DNA of 64,000 nucleotides. Origin: Macrostomum lignano (lineage: Eukaryota). The DNA lies in NCBI GenBank assembly GCA_002269645.1, contig NIVC01000127.1, forward strand, positions 248,001-312,000. The letters are read 5' to 3'. Within the stretch, counting starts at the first letter, position 1, and each line of letters begins with the position of its first letter. Below, piece after piece: positions 20,981 to 34,715 of this stretch. The notes beneath the pieces are model-generated. The model was not told the DNA's origin and ran no database searches. It saw nothing but the letters and a program-made list of their open reading frames with translations. A program made the translations under genes and the position numbers.

Positions 20981-23900
20981 GCCACCAATTTAAACAAATC
21001 ACCTGGCATTCCATCGGATCTAATTGTTGTCATGGCAACAAGGCATTGCTCTGCTCCTATTCCAGCACACAGAGCAGATTCCCTAGCCAGGGCCACAGGG
21101 CCTGCCCAAACTGTGGCATTGTGGGGACTCTGGCTCCGCTCAGTGAAACCTCGGCATTTGTGCGTTGCTCCAACTGTCGCCAGTTCTTCATCAACAGGTC
21201 GACTGTTGCTGCAGCCACTTTTGATGACGTGGCAGGTGAACGGGCGGCAGCTGCTGCCGCTGCAGCTCGGACATTATCCAACATCATTGGGAGTCGGAGA
21301 ATTCCTTATCCCAGGGAGGTGAGTTTGTTGCTAGGGCACTCCTTTATCGCTCAACCACTCTGGCGCCATTTCTCATTCTAAACGCCATTTTTTGTTTTTA
21401 GCTCCATTTCTTATTCCATTCTCATTACATATCGGTAATATGTAATCTAGGTTTCGTACACCAATTATTTACATTGACGTCTGTTTAATAAAAATTATTA
21501 CTAACTACATGTAACAATGGATACAGACTACTCACAGTATAAACATGCAAAAACTTGCGTTAGATACGCGCCCACCTCGACCAGTACGTAGTGGGTCAGG
21601 AGTCCGCAAAGCGCCTGCTGAGTGTGCAGGCATATGCACACTACCGCAGGCTGCAGCACAATCTGCTTGGCTCCGACAAGCCCGAAAATCAACTGGAATC
21701 ACAGCTGACGCCTCTTTCGAGTAAGGTTTCGGTTTCGAATCTTTTTTCAGCATTCGTTGCTATACCGTATGTTTTACGTGACCTTCACTTGTACCAGCAA
21801 TTCTCACCCCTGCCTATATATTCTTCTAGAAGCAGCTGACGAATCAAAATTTCTATCTGCTTTGATGCAGCGGCAGCAGATGCCTGTTGATGGGATTAAT
21901 AAGTTCCTCTCATTTAGAGGTAAGCTTAGTTTATAAGCTGATATTGTAGCTTATTATTATAATGCGAAATAAGCACTATAGCAGGTGTTACAGAGTGGCG
22001 CCAGCAGGTGTTACAGAGTGGCGCCAGCAGGTGTTACAGAGTGGCGCCAGCAGATATGTTACAGAGTGGCGTCAGCAAGTGTTACAGAGTTGCGTCAGCA
22101 GGTTACAGAGTTGCGTCAGCAGGTTACAGAGTTGCGTCAGCAGGTGTTACAGAGTGGCGTCAGCAGGTGCTACAGAGTTGCGTCAGCAGGTTACAGAGTT
22201 GCGTCAGCAGGTTACAGAGTTGCGTCAGCAGGTTACAGAGTGGCGTCAGCAGGTGTTACAGAGTTGTGTCAGCAGGTGTTACAGAGTGGGGTCAGCAGGT
22301 GTTAGAGTGGGGTCAGTAGGTGTTACAGAGTGGGGTCAGTAGGTGTTACAGAGTGGGGTCAGTAGGTGTTACAGAGTTGCGTCAGCAGGTGTTACAGAGT
22401 TGCGTCAGCAGGTTACAGAGTTGCGTCAGCAGGTTACAGAGTTGCGTCAGCAGGTTACAGAGTTGCGTCAGCAGGTTACAGAGTGGCGTCAGCAGGTGCT
22501 ACAGAGTTGCGTCAGCAGGTGCTACAGAGTTGCGTCAGCAGGTTACAGAGTTGCGTCAGCAGGTTACAGAGTTGCGTCAGCAGGTTACAGAGTGGCGTCA
22601 GCAGGTGCTACAGAGTTGCGTCAGCAGGTTACAGAGTTGCGTCAGCAGGTGTTACAGAGTGGGGTCAGTAGGTGTTACAGAGTGGGGTCAGTAGGTGTTA
22701 CAGAGTGGCGTCAGCAGGTGTTACAGAGTTGCGTCAGCAGGTGTTACAGAGTGGCGTCAGCAGGTGTTACAGAGTTGCGTCAGCAGGTGTTACAGAGTGG
22801 GATCAGTAGGTGTTACCGTGTTACAGAGTGGCGTCAGCAGGTGCTACAGAGTTGCGTCAGCAGGTGCTACAGTCATGCCGCTCTCCCCTTTTCATCAGGC
22901 ATTCTCCGGGCGTTTGGCTTTGAGCGGAAACAACAACCGCTGCAGTCGCCGCCGCCGCAGTCGCCGCCGCAGTCTGCAAGAAGCCCAGTTCGGCTGTCCA
23001 AGAGCAACGTGCTGCTCATTGGTCCGAGCGGCTCCGGCAAGACCCAGCTGGTCCGCGCCCTGGCCCGCTCGCTCCGCGTACCCTTCGCCGCCTGCAGCTG
23101 CGCCGGCCTCACCCAGACAGGCTATTCCGGCGAGGGGGTCCAGTCGGCGCTCGCCGGCCTCTTGACCGCCGCGGGCGGCTGTCCCGGCCGGGCTAGGACT
23201 GGCGTGCTGTTCTTGGACGAGATTGACAAACTGGCTTCGTCAGCGTCTTCTGGCTTAGCAGCGGCCGAGGTTCAAGGAGATGTAGGCGGCGTTGGCGTTC
23301 AGCGGGACCTGCTGCGTCTGCTGGACGGCGCGGAGGTCGGCGTGTGCACCGCCGGTGAGCGAGACGATCTGGTGCAGCCCTTCGCACTGTGTGAATAGTA
23401 ACTGATGGCTGTGTGATAGTAGCTGTTTGGCTGCGTGAATAGTAGCTGTTGACTGCATGAATAGTACATGTAGTTTCAACGACAATTACTGGATACATGA
23501 CTGTCTGTGTCCATAATAGAGCGAATCTGTCTGGCACACTTCAGTGCATCTGGACAAATGATAGGATATGATGCAGCTAACGTGTCCGCTGCCCGTCTTT
23601 AAACTAAGATTCGGCGACCACCGTTCAATTGGACACTAGCGACATTCTGTTTGTGGCGTCGGGCACCTTCACCGGCCTCTCAGCTATTGTTCGCCGTCGC
23701 GAGGCCAAAGCTGGCGCCGCCACCAATACCAATAGAGAGTATTTGGCCATCTCGAGCGACGAGGAGGTCAGCAGCGCTCTGGCGCGGATGCAGCCGCCTG
23801 ACCTGGTGCAGTTTGGCCTGCTGCCCGAGCTGGTTGGCCGGCTGCCAGCCGTCGGGTTGCTCGCCAGCCTGCGCCCGGCCGAGCTGGCCCGCTGCCTCAC

Positions 23901-24222
23901 CGAGCCGCGGGACTCGCTGGCCCGTCAGTACCACAGCCTGCTGGCCGCTGACGGCTGCCGGCTAGTGCTGGAGCCCGGCGCCGCTCTGGCAATCGGCGAG
24001 GCGGCCGCGCGGCGCGGACTGGGCGCCAGAGGCCTGCGAGCAATCTTTGAGGCCCTGTTAATCAAAGCGCGCTTTGAAGCGCCCGGCGCCGGACAGGCAA
24101 GCGAAGTGCGCCTCACTGCTAACTGCTGCCGGGTGCTGGGCGAGTCGGGTGCCGGCCTGCCGACGGCGGCGCCGCTGCGTTTTCTTGGAAACGGCCCGAT
24201 TAGAAGGGATCAGGACGATTAA
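20981..24222 (+). CDS. CLPX: Mitochondrial ClpX-type AAA+ ATPase (divergent); 5' end not firmly placed
   Basis: join(20981..21318,21564..21720,21830..21919,22899..23354,23609..24222). C4 zinc finger CPNC...CSNC, PRE-IRAHLDQYVVGQ, Walker A GPSGSGKT, Walker B VLFLDEIDK, DTSDILFVASGTF, PELVGRLP, GARGLR. Candidate upstream exons 20403..20413 and 20725..20786 are phase-compatible but unverified. Confidence 0.9.
21980..22872. repeat. 21/23-bp minisatellite in a ClpX intron
   Basis: Units caggttacagagttgcgtcag / caggtgttacagagtggcgtcag; ends about 26 nt before the acceptor at 22898. Confidence 0.95.
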
Positions 24223-27200
24223 CTGAGAAAACCAAACTTAAGAAGAACAGTAACCGCTAACTATAACGACGAAGTTATTTAATTTAATAATTGTGTTAAT
24301 CTTGCCAACTATTTTATTTTCTTTACACAATTTTTGACATCAATTTCCAAGCGTGCGTTTATTTTATTTTTATTTTTCTTAATTCCCTTTTTTTGCTACA
24401 AGTAGACGATATACTCTAAATGTTCGGTTCGGTTGAAGAACACTACAATAAAACTTTTAAAAATGCTATAGTGTGTTTTTTTGTTTTAAAGAACAAAGTT
24501 CCCTTTATCGAGATTTATCTAGTGGAAATCGTCAATACGAGCGTAATGTTGCAATTTTAGTTGCGTTTCCGAACTTCTGTACGAAGTCGAGAGGTGACCG
24601 CATGCACAGAATTTAAACTGTCATTTAAATTTTATATAATGCTGCTAATATTTACATAAAAGCTCTACAAGAATCACGCAGTTCTAAAAGGGCCTGTTAA
24701 CTCAAGCTCATATAAAGTGGAGACCGTGTAATCTATGTAGACAAATGATACGTACACGTCATTCTGCTCACAGTGACACCAGGAAGCATGGTTTAGGAAA
24801 AAAGCGACAAAAATTGGACTTGAAAATTACTATATTAACTGAAAGTATGGCTTACACGCAAATGTACTGAGCTGCCCATCTAGTTATTCTAGTATTTGTG
24901 GTTTGTACGAAGCGACTATTAATAATAAATTAGTTTCGAATTATAACATCTTTTGGACGCGCAGTACTTATATTTCAGCGCAGTAGTTTATCTTAAACTG
25001 TAGTGACCTCGGCTAGCATTAATTGATCCTTAGCGATAAAATTAGAAAGATTTTAGGCTACTTTAGGCTAATTATACGTTTCTCCGCGAATTATCGGGTG
25101 GTGGCAGCCTTTTAGTTTTTTAATTATATATGGAAAGAGATTCTCCGTAGCGGCTAATCTGCAATTGGCATTCTGAAGGACGGCATTATCTTTATCGCTC
25201 AGACACCACCACAGCTGCCCTCCCTCTGAGCCTGGGGAACTGAGCAGCCAACTGCACCCTGAGTTTGTTTCAATTGTTTGAAATGCCGCAAATCCAGCAC
25301 CGCGGAAAAAAACTAAATTATCCTAAGAAACTAAAATATCCTTTATCTTTAATGCCTAATAATTGCCAACAATCCTTACATTTGATTTTTGTTATTGTCT
25401 GATCAATACCTATATGCATTCTGTTTTGACGTTGCAGAACTTTTTTGGCTTAAGCCGGAGATTAGTATCGAAATCCTGTCTCCCTGCCAGCGCTCCCCTA
25501 GTGACGCCAACTTATTTTTCATCACCTACGGTATCAATCAAATTGCTATACATCAAGTTCATATTCATACAATACTTGTTTTTTAATTCCTTACTTAAAT
25601 ACTTTTTGCTTTGCTAGTCGTTAAAGATCGTTTGAAGTTTCGTAGAAAAAATTTAGACGCTCTTTCAAATACTATAATATTGCGAAACTCCTGGGTCGTT
25701 CTCAAAGCTAGGTCACAACTTTTTGTTATTGCAAAAAAAGTTTATACATCGACCAATAATCGTACAAAAAAAATTATTTCGACAATTTCTGTAAGAAGCT
25801 GCTACTAAAACCACAAGAAAACTTGAAATTGAGAAGAAATCAAGGCTATTTGTTATTCTTTGTTGCGGAAAATAAACGACAAAAATATTAAACAGAAAAT
25901 AAAATGTTCTTCCATTTTTATTTTAAATATGCAGTTAAATTTCTTTTGCAAAAATAAAAGAACAAGAAATTGACAAAGGAAATGTTTTTGAGCACAGCAT
26001 TTTGTTACTCTGCTCTAAATCCCAGACATTTAAAATTATCGTGTGCGAAAAAGTGCGAAATTATTATAGCATGCACTCGAAAGAACTTCGATCAGTTTAA
26101 CTAATCACTGAATTAAGAAGTCTAAATAAGTCTTGAAAGGTTGAATTAAAAATCAAGTTTTCACTATGTATCTTTTCAAAGGCAAGATGATTCGACAAAT
26201 AAAGAATGTTCATTTTTACCTTGAATAGAATTGTTCATTTTTACATTAAATATAATAAAATCTAACTAATAATAGAAAAAGTCAGGGAACTATCCTTGAA
26301 AACCAAAAAGCAAATTGTGGATTTAATATCGACTGCATGTTCCTTAATAAAGGAATTCGGATACTAGTATATATTTGATTATTTGTAGCATAATTTCTGA
26401 AAACTATAACTTGCTTGATTTTACTTTAAGTACTCATTACATTAATACTTATACCAAAGCTACATGTACTTAAAATAAAAAATTATGGTTACTTATTAGA
26501 CATTTTACTCCAATTAACTTAAAATAATTCAAATTTATTTTTATTAATTCATTTTTTGAAACTTTTTGGAAAATAGACAAAATTGAATTATTTAATTACC
26601 AAAAACCTACTAGCTTAACTGAAATAGCAATTAGTCTTTAAGAAAAGATTTCACTTGTTAATTGAGAAAAATGAGGATGTGCGAGGTGTAAAAATGCGAA
26701 AGAGCATGCAGGAAACAGAGACAAACAAAAATGTAGGTAAAAGACACTGCACATGCACATAATATGATAACCAGACATAATGCGCACACTGAAACACCAG
26801 TAGCAATGACGCCCAAGCTTTTGATGATCACAAGCGAAAAGGCAAAACCCAGCCATCAATCAAAGAAGTAGACTTTAGCACGCATCTTGAGTGCATCACG
26901 CATTTTTTGCAGAGAAGCTCGAAAATTAACATTTATTCTGTGCACAACCACCAACTGCGACAGGGTCTGCCAGGGGATTTGTGGGCACGCGGTCGCGGAT
27001 ACAAATCGGAGGAGTCGCTGACCATTCTGAAATTACAAGCTAGTACATGTAATTTTGTGTATTAATATATTTAGCCCGCTTTATTTCTATGCTCTCGTCC
27101 GCCTCTCGTTAATGCATCCCCAGACTCATGCAGTAATCAAACTTATGATCGAACTATGCATGGCTTCCGTCCCTCGCTTTGAATCTCTCACCTCCCCATA

Positions 27201-30200
27201 GTTCCATCAACCTTACCGTAGTGGCTTCCTATGCAAAAATCATCCCTCCGCATCTTACACAGGCTACTTCAGGCTGTAGACTGTACTACACTATTAATTA
27301 GTTGCGCTAAGGAATCTACATGTATTTGCTCGCAGCGCAGCGCGCTGCTCAAATAAGTTTAGATCTATCTAGATATTCTAGTAATTTCAGGTTTGTCCAT
27401 AGACTAGAGCTCATGAGATGAGAATTCCATTAACTAGTACATTTAATATGAATGAACTGCGTGTGTGTGTGCTGTGCATACATATGTATAATATACGAGT
27501 AGTTTATGGGCCAAATTATTGTGTGGCACAATTCTTGGCATCACTCAACAGGCACAAGATGCAGTTAAGCAGCGCACGAAAATTCTACAAAAGAAATTGA
27601 GCCTGGTTGAGATGATGCGAGGAGGCAGATCCACACAATCTCAGTGAATACACCAGACTGCACCAGATACGAGTCCAGTCGAATGTGCGCACTGGTCTAA
27701 GCAGCACACGCATGTCCTCCTGACAATGACGGCACCTAGCTTCGTCCAAGCCTTTGCCAGCGTCACTGACAGCGTCAATACTACCATGCAGTGCCACCTG
27801 CAGCACCGACAACGGCAATTCCTCCAGTTAGCCCACAACAGTGGCTAAACTGAGGGACAGGGAACCTACCCGCAGAAGACACACACATACACACACAGCA
27901 CCGGCAGCAGCACTCTGACAGCATAACCTAAAGCTCCATGAGCTCAGTTTTCAAGCATTGAAGAAGCAGAAGCAGTCATCTTGGATCCAGGGATCAGGAA
28001 GAGTGTTGCATGTCCGACATGTGCTGTTTCCGTGGCAAAAGGTGATGGAGCAAATTAATCAACACTTACTATCTAGCTCGTATTAAGACTAAAAAACTGA
28101 GGCAAGCTGGGATTAAACCAAAGAAAATTTTTTACTATACTTTTTTACCATATACTTTTACTATACTTCTATAGTATAGTAGAGAGGTACTCTATTTAAA
28201 TGCAGTAAGAAGTGAAACAAACTTATATATTTAATTATTAAATTAAATTAATTCAAGGTAAATAACTAATTCAACCAATTTATTAGGAGTATTTAATATT
28301 ATAATAAATTGATTTTTATACCTTACACGAAATAAGCTCTACATTCATTTCTTAGCTTGGGGCCCATCTGTATAAGGTCAGTTTCTTCAAAATGCTGATT
28401 AATTAATTAAGGCCTGTTGTCTTTACTTAAATTTATAAGGGCATCTTAGAAGTTAATATTACTATATAATACATGTATAATATTATTACTGTATTATAAT
28501 AATATAGTTGCAATTTTAATGACTATTGAATAAGTCTAAATGCTTCCCCTATTGACTCTAAATACATGGTATCTTTCCCTTCAGAAAAAATTAGCATAGA
28601 ATGACTTGATGAAAACAAAAAAAAATCATTTCGAGATACACATTTGCTGATCATTCAGGTCAAATTTCAAGGTCCAGTTTTGCACATGTTTCTCTGTAGC
28701 TTGGTTACAAGGATTCTAATAAAAATATAATAAATATGTCCAATGAACTAACTGATACATAGCCAAATTGAAGTATTTTCAAAAACAAAAAAAATCATTT
28801 GCTCAGTTTACTTTACTGGATATCTGTGTAAAATTTCAGCTCAAAAGGTGCTCCATGGAGAATGCTAGTGTGGTTACAGGATATTTATTTTGTGCTTCAA
28901 AGTAGGAGTTTATTGCGATGCATGGTTGCTTTTAATTATTTTTATCAACAATAGTGCTCTATTTCATAACAATTTTTTACAAAAAGATAATAAGACATGT
29001 TTTTCTAATTATCTGCATCAAAATGTATCATTTTAAGCGCACATTCTAGACGTCAGCTGAAAAATACATTTTGTGAGATGAGAAGAGGCTATCCCACCGG
29101 AAATGCTAGGCGTACAGTTAAGCGTCTATAAAATAATTTATAGTGCAGTTTATTAAGCTTTAAAAAAATCTTAAATTAAATTTATATAAGCTTTCATTTT
29201 AAATGTAATATAGCAAGGTTTCAACACAACAACAACTTTTTTTAGCTACAGACATCTTGTAGTATCAAAAATTAACATCGGTGAAATGATTGAATTTGAA
29301 TTTTTTCATCGCTAATTATCGCTTAATACCGCCAGATGATTAAAAACACTTTTGCATGATAAAGTTCAACCCAAAAGTTATCTTTATTCACAGATAAAAG
29401 TGTCCTATTATTTTAAATATGGCAGTAACAATAGAAAATGTTCGGAAAATTGTTAAAATTTTTGCTCCTCCTAGAATTTGCGAACGACCCTCCTACTTGA
29501 ATATTTCCTTCTACTCTTGAATTACTATTCAGTGTAATTTATTGAAATTTATTAAATATATTGAAATATATTGGCCAAACAGGCTTCTTTAATAAAGATT
29601 AATAAAGACTAAATACAGTTTACTTTACATACCAGTCAACGTGTTTTTTTTTCACTTTTTAAATTTTATACTCAATGCCAATAATTTTCATTATAGACAA
29701 CAATTACAGCAAAGTCTAGAAATTTGCGTAATCTGTAACCATAGCGTTAGGCTAAAAAATTGCTATAGCCGTAATTTCTAATAAAAATATTGTTGCAAAA
29801 GTGCTGCTCCCATAATTTACCATAACCCATAGACCTAACCATAATGATGGCAAAACACTATAGGCCTAGTCTAGACTCTAGACTAGAGATCTATACTTTC
29901 AAGATAGGCCTAATCAGGATTAAGTGGCAGCCTAAGTAGCATCTATGAGGGCTATCCCAAAAGTAGTATTATTTTTCAATATATCTTCTTTGATGATTCA
30001 AATAGGCAACTAAAACTATAATATAGTTTTAGGCAATTGCACAATTCTACAAATGTAATATTTGTAGGTTTCAAGATATAATGCTGAATTATGACATGAA
30101 AAAAATTGTATTAGTTTTTGGTCCTAAAATAACAAGTTTAAATTGTAGTTTAGGCCTATATATAGAAAAAAGTATCTAGAATTGTTTTTTATCTATAAGC

Positions 30201-31502
30201 AAATAACTTAATAAGATGTTTCAATAAGTATGATGGTCATCATACCTGCAATAACTAGTGTTCTGCCGTAGCCATAGTTACGGCTATGGGATCCCATGGC
30301 AAATATGGTAAAATAGGTGCCTACGGCAGCTATGGATATGCCTACAATAGCTAGCTGCTCTTATGGCTACGACTATGGAAATATGGTAGTTGTTGTCACA
30401 TTCCATAGATTCCTATAGCCATAGTTATTCATATTAAAAATTGAAAAAAATATTAGAAACAGGTAGAGTAAAACAGATACTTTTAGTAGAAACTATAGAA
30501 ACTATATTATCAACTTAGAAACTTTTAAAATATACCTAAAAAGTACAATAAAACACTAGCAAATTCTAATTTTTATTAATGTGAAAAAGTTCAGCATTAG
30601 TACTTTCAGTTACGATTAAATATTGTTGCTCTGTAAAAGACAAAATATAATCTTACAAAGTCAATTGAGTGTTTCTTTTATTTTCTAACTTAATTTGCAG
30701 TTGTTTAAGCACCAAGTTATCTTGATTCAAAATATTTTGTTTTCTAGACTTTTTGTTAAAACTACGGCTACGGCTACAGGAACTACAGGAATATGATAAT
30801 ATTGGGGTCTCTACGGCTATGGAATACAGAGAATTGGAATAAGCCGTAGTTTTGCTTATGGCTAAGGCTACGGTATATGGACTCTCCTTACAGCGGAACA
30901 TTAGCAATAACATGCTTATATAGAGACAAAAATGCTTTTAAATTCCTGTGAATTTTGTTTGTCTAATCATCCAAAGTGTTTTTAAAGATAAAATATATAT
31001 CTATTGTAAAATAAAAAATGAAACAATTTGCTTGTCTGGAATTTTTATATTCAACTTGTTTTACTATAATGGTCATAGTGTTATGGTTGTAGCCTTTGGT
31101 GTTAGCAGTCAGTGAAGTTTACAAAATTAGAGTGCAACTATACTGACTGTCTATACATCATGGCTATAACCCATATGGAGCTAAAGCATATGGCTATCTA
31201 TAAACTATCTTTATTTCAATCATTGCTCATTTGCATATTGCTTGAATGTTGTTGACTGTTTATTCATCATATCAAATTGCATTCTGAATTGCATCAAGTC
31301 ATAGCATATTCTAGATCAGTCTGAACAATGATAGCAAGTCTTATAATAGACAACAGACTTTTAAAACTTTTTAGCTTTTTTATGATTGTTATAGCTGCAT
31401 TGCAATTTTTCAACTTTAAAATCAAATATCTGTTGCCCTATAAACCCCATATTGGAAAACAAGATTGCAAGAGCTACAAAAGACCTATTTACAAGGGCTT
31501 TT

Positions 31503-32791
31503 TAATAAGTTCACAGATAATCCCATTTCCCTTTGCCCAATTCTCACAAAATTTGATACTTCCCCCACATGTTCATAAAAGCTGTGCAAAATCTTAGCTT
31601 GATTGGCTAAAATGCTGCGACGCAGTGGCCAAAGAAGCAGTGAAACTCCACAGGTTGCGCTGAGTCTCATTAGTCGAGATAGATGAGTCGCAATTCTCGT
31701 CCAATTTCGTCTTGGCCAGTCCGCTTCCGAGTGCGTGCAGATGCTTCAAGCAGCCCTTGGCAATGAAGCCCCATCTCTGACGATGGTCCACAAGTGGTTC
31801 GCTTGCTTTTGCTGCGGCTCTGTGTCTCTGGACGACGATGACTGGGAAGGTCGTACAAATGTGGCCATTACTGACACAACTGTGGCTGCTGTCTGAAAGC
31901 TGCTGGACGAGGACAGACGCATAACGGTTCGAGAGCTCGAGAAAAATGTGGGGATTTTGGATTCAAGCATCGTTTCCATCTTGCACGATCACCTCGGCAT
32001 GATTAAGGTGTCTGCGCGCTGGGTCCCCCACAACCTGGACCCAAACCAAATGCAGGCTCGGGTCGAGTTCTCGAACTTCATGCTCGAAAAGTTCGATGCA
32101 GGAGCTTCAAAACTGGTGGATAACATCATCACTGGTGACGAAACCTGGGTCTACTTGTATGACCAGAAACCAAAGAGCAGAGCCGGCAGTGGATTGCAAG
32201 AGAAGAGGACGCGCCCGTCAAGTTTCTTCGCAAGCGAAGCGTTGGGAAAGTCATGGTGGCAGTTTTCTTCAGACGATTCGGCATCCTGCCACCTGTGCTG
32301 CTCGAGGATGGCGCCATAGTGACCGGTGAATGGTACTCAACCGTCTGTCTGCCACAAGTGCTCAAAAGTCTCGCTCAGCAGCGTCCAAAGACAAGAGAAC
32401 GCGGGATTCTGCTGCATCACAACAATGCACCTGCGCACTGTGCCAGGGTGACCCAGCAGTTTCTCCAGTCGACTCAGCTGACGCTGCTGCCACATCTGGC
32501 TTACTCACCAGACCTCGGGCCCTCTGACTTTTCCTCTTTCCCAGGATCAAGAAGAACTTGAAGGGAAAGCGATTTGGTTGCCGTCAAGAGCTGGAAAATG
32601 CGCTGAGAACTGAGCTGGAGTGTCTCACAGCTGGGATTGAGACACTGTTTTGAAGCTTGGTTTTTTTGCATGAAAAAATGCGTGGAATTAGCTGGAAATT
32701 ATGTTGAGAAATTTCATTAGGTTAATGCTTATGCAGGTAAAATTTTGGGCAAATCGGATGAGCAGAAATGGGATTTTCCATGAACTTATTA
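31503..32791 (+). mobile_element. Decayed mariner (Tc1/mariner) transposon; transposase pseudogene at about 31660-32720
   Basis: HTH region VQFRLGQSASECVQML...VHKWF, WVPHNL, ITGDETWVY, HHNNAPAH, YSPDLGPSDF; in-frame stops and frameshifts. Imperfect inverted repeats at 31503-31540 and 32745-32791. Confidence 0.9.
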
Positions 32792-34715
32792 AGTTATTTA
32801 AGTTATAAGCAGCTTTCATATAGCAAAAAGATATGCCTCAATCGCTTATCAAATGCCCAAGGAATAAAATTATATTTACTCCTTAAAATGTATATATCAA
32901 GGTCTAGAGTTATATGTGTATACATTAGGAGCAAAAATTCCTATGAAAACAAGTAGCTATTGAGAAAAAAGTATAATTATACATAAATATACATGTTTAA
33001 TAACTAACTTAAAAACATAAAGTTTTCACAAGTTTTCACAACAAAGTTTTAGTTTTTGGTCTAGTAATCTACTAATGGAATTGCCCTTTAGCACAGTTTT
33101 ATAGTGGCAATTCTCTTCTTTATATAAACTTTAATATCTTTTAAATCAGACAATGGAAACAAAAGTTACAAACTAAAATGTAGTAGCAGTTTGACTATAG
33201 ACCTATAGTAAGTTAACAAGCTAGAAAAGTTTTGAATTGGAAGCTGATAAATGGGTAACTGGCTGCAGTAAATGTGTAAAAATGACTATAGTAAGTGATT
33301 GCATTAGACCCATGCACTAATAAAAATTGCGCATAAATCTTGGTTACACTTTGCTCTATCCTCCAAAGGGTATAAATCTCACTCCCCTAAGCAACACTTG
33401 AATGCAAATCTATGATTTTTGATGCAACAAAAATGGGGAACAAAAAGCAATAAAGCTGAAGCCCAATGGGAAATATTCTACTGCTTTAAAAGTTTTATGG
33501 TTCTATAAGTTTTTCCATAGATCTCTCTTTGTCAGACCAGTCTAACAAAGAAGTTTGAGTGCATTCAAGCAAAAGTACTTTTGATACTTTGCGCTAGCTT
33601 GTTAACTCTAGTCTATGAGAAACTAGATTTCTTGGAATTTTTTAAGAGGCATGTTTTACCAAAGGTGCATTACCAAAGTAGAAGGCTTTCAATTTTTCAA
33701 CATGAAAATTGGTATTGTTGCTTTTGATAGGGCACATATCCAATTTTCTTGATATATCTTGTCTTTATAGTTTTTATCAATTTATCTTGTCTTTTTATCT
33801 TGTCTTATAGCTCTATTGATATTCATAAATCTTTTTATTTAAGAAGTTACTAATCTATATAAACTTTGCATAATATACGAGCTATATATTATATGCTTCA
33901 AAATATATAAAAATGACACAATTCAACTCATTGGTTTTACAATATTTTTATCATTCTGTTGCATGTTTTGTTACATAGTCATTAAGCTAAGAGTGATAAA
34001 ACAGATAATGCCATTTTTAGGCACAATATGTATACAATAGGATACAAATTACCATAGAATACTTATTTTTGTATGATTGCAAATTTTGTTTGTTTATAGG
34101 TTCATTTTTGTCACTTGTGTATGCTAGTCAATATAAATGAGCTTTAAGCCACTTTTAAAATTATTTAATTGATTATTTTTTTATTCTCCAATGGCTTTTT
34201 TGAGAAATTAAAAATCTTAAAGATCTTTTTGAGACTAGAGCCAATTTAGTATTATGATAGACCTTTATTAAAACTATATTATACAAAGATAGTCTCCTAA
34301 TTACTCAAGGTTGGGTCCATACTTATTTTTTTCTAATTGACATTCAAACAATTGTATTAATCTGTTTTTATGCCATTGATGATGATAGTTTTTTTAATAT
34401 AAAAGGAATTTGTTTTGTTAAATAAATACAAATTTGTATTGCTTAGATGAATGACATGTTTGCACTAACAAATGCCTTTAATTCTTATAAATCAAAAGTC
34501 ATAAGTCCTCTTTGACGACAGGTACAAAGCCATCATAAACAGCAGTACATTTAGAACTTTTTTACAAGTTTATTACCACTATAAAATTATGCTATTGCAA
34601 TGACAATATGGATTATCTGATATGCTTCAGCCAATCATAATTACTTTTTTTCTACTTTTCAGAGCAATTTCCGCTGAGCTTTTGTTTTACTTAAATTGCT
34701 TAATTAGTTGAAGCA

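Noticed and set aside
21962-22872. ORFs with YRVASAG / TELRQQV / LQSCVSR repeats fused to ClpX
   Set aside because: Intronic array; a clean acceptor at 22898 explains the true exon start.
26638-27900. Moderately GC-rich patches with Cys-rich or hydrophobic short ORFs (for example RCRHCQED)
   Set aside because: No consistent frame or motif; probably very old TE debris.
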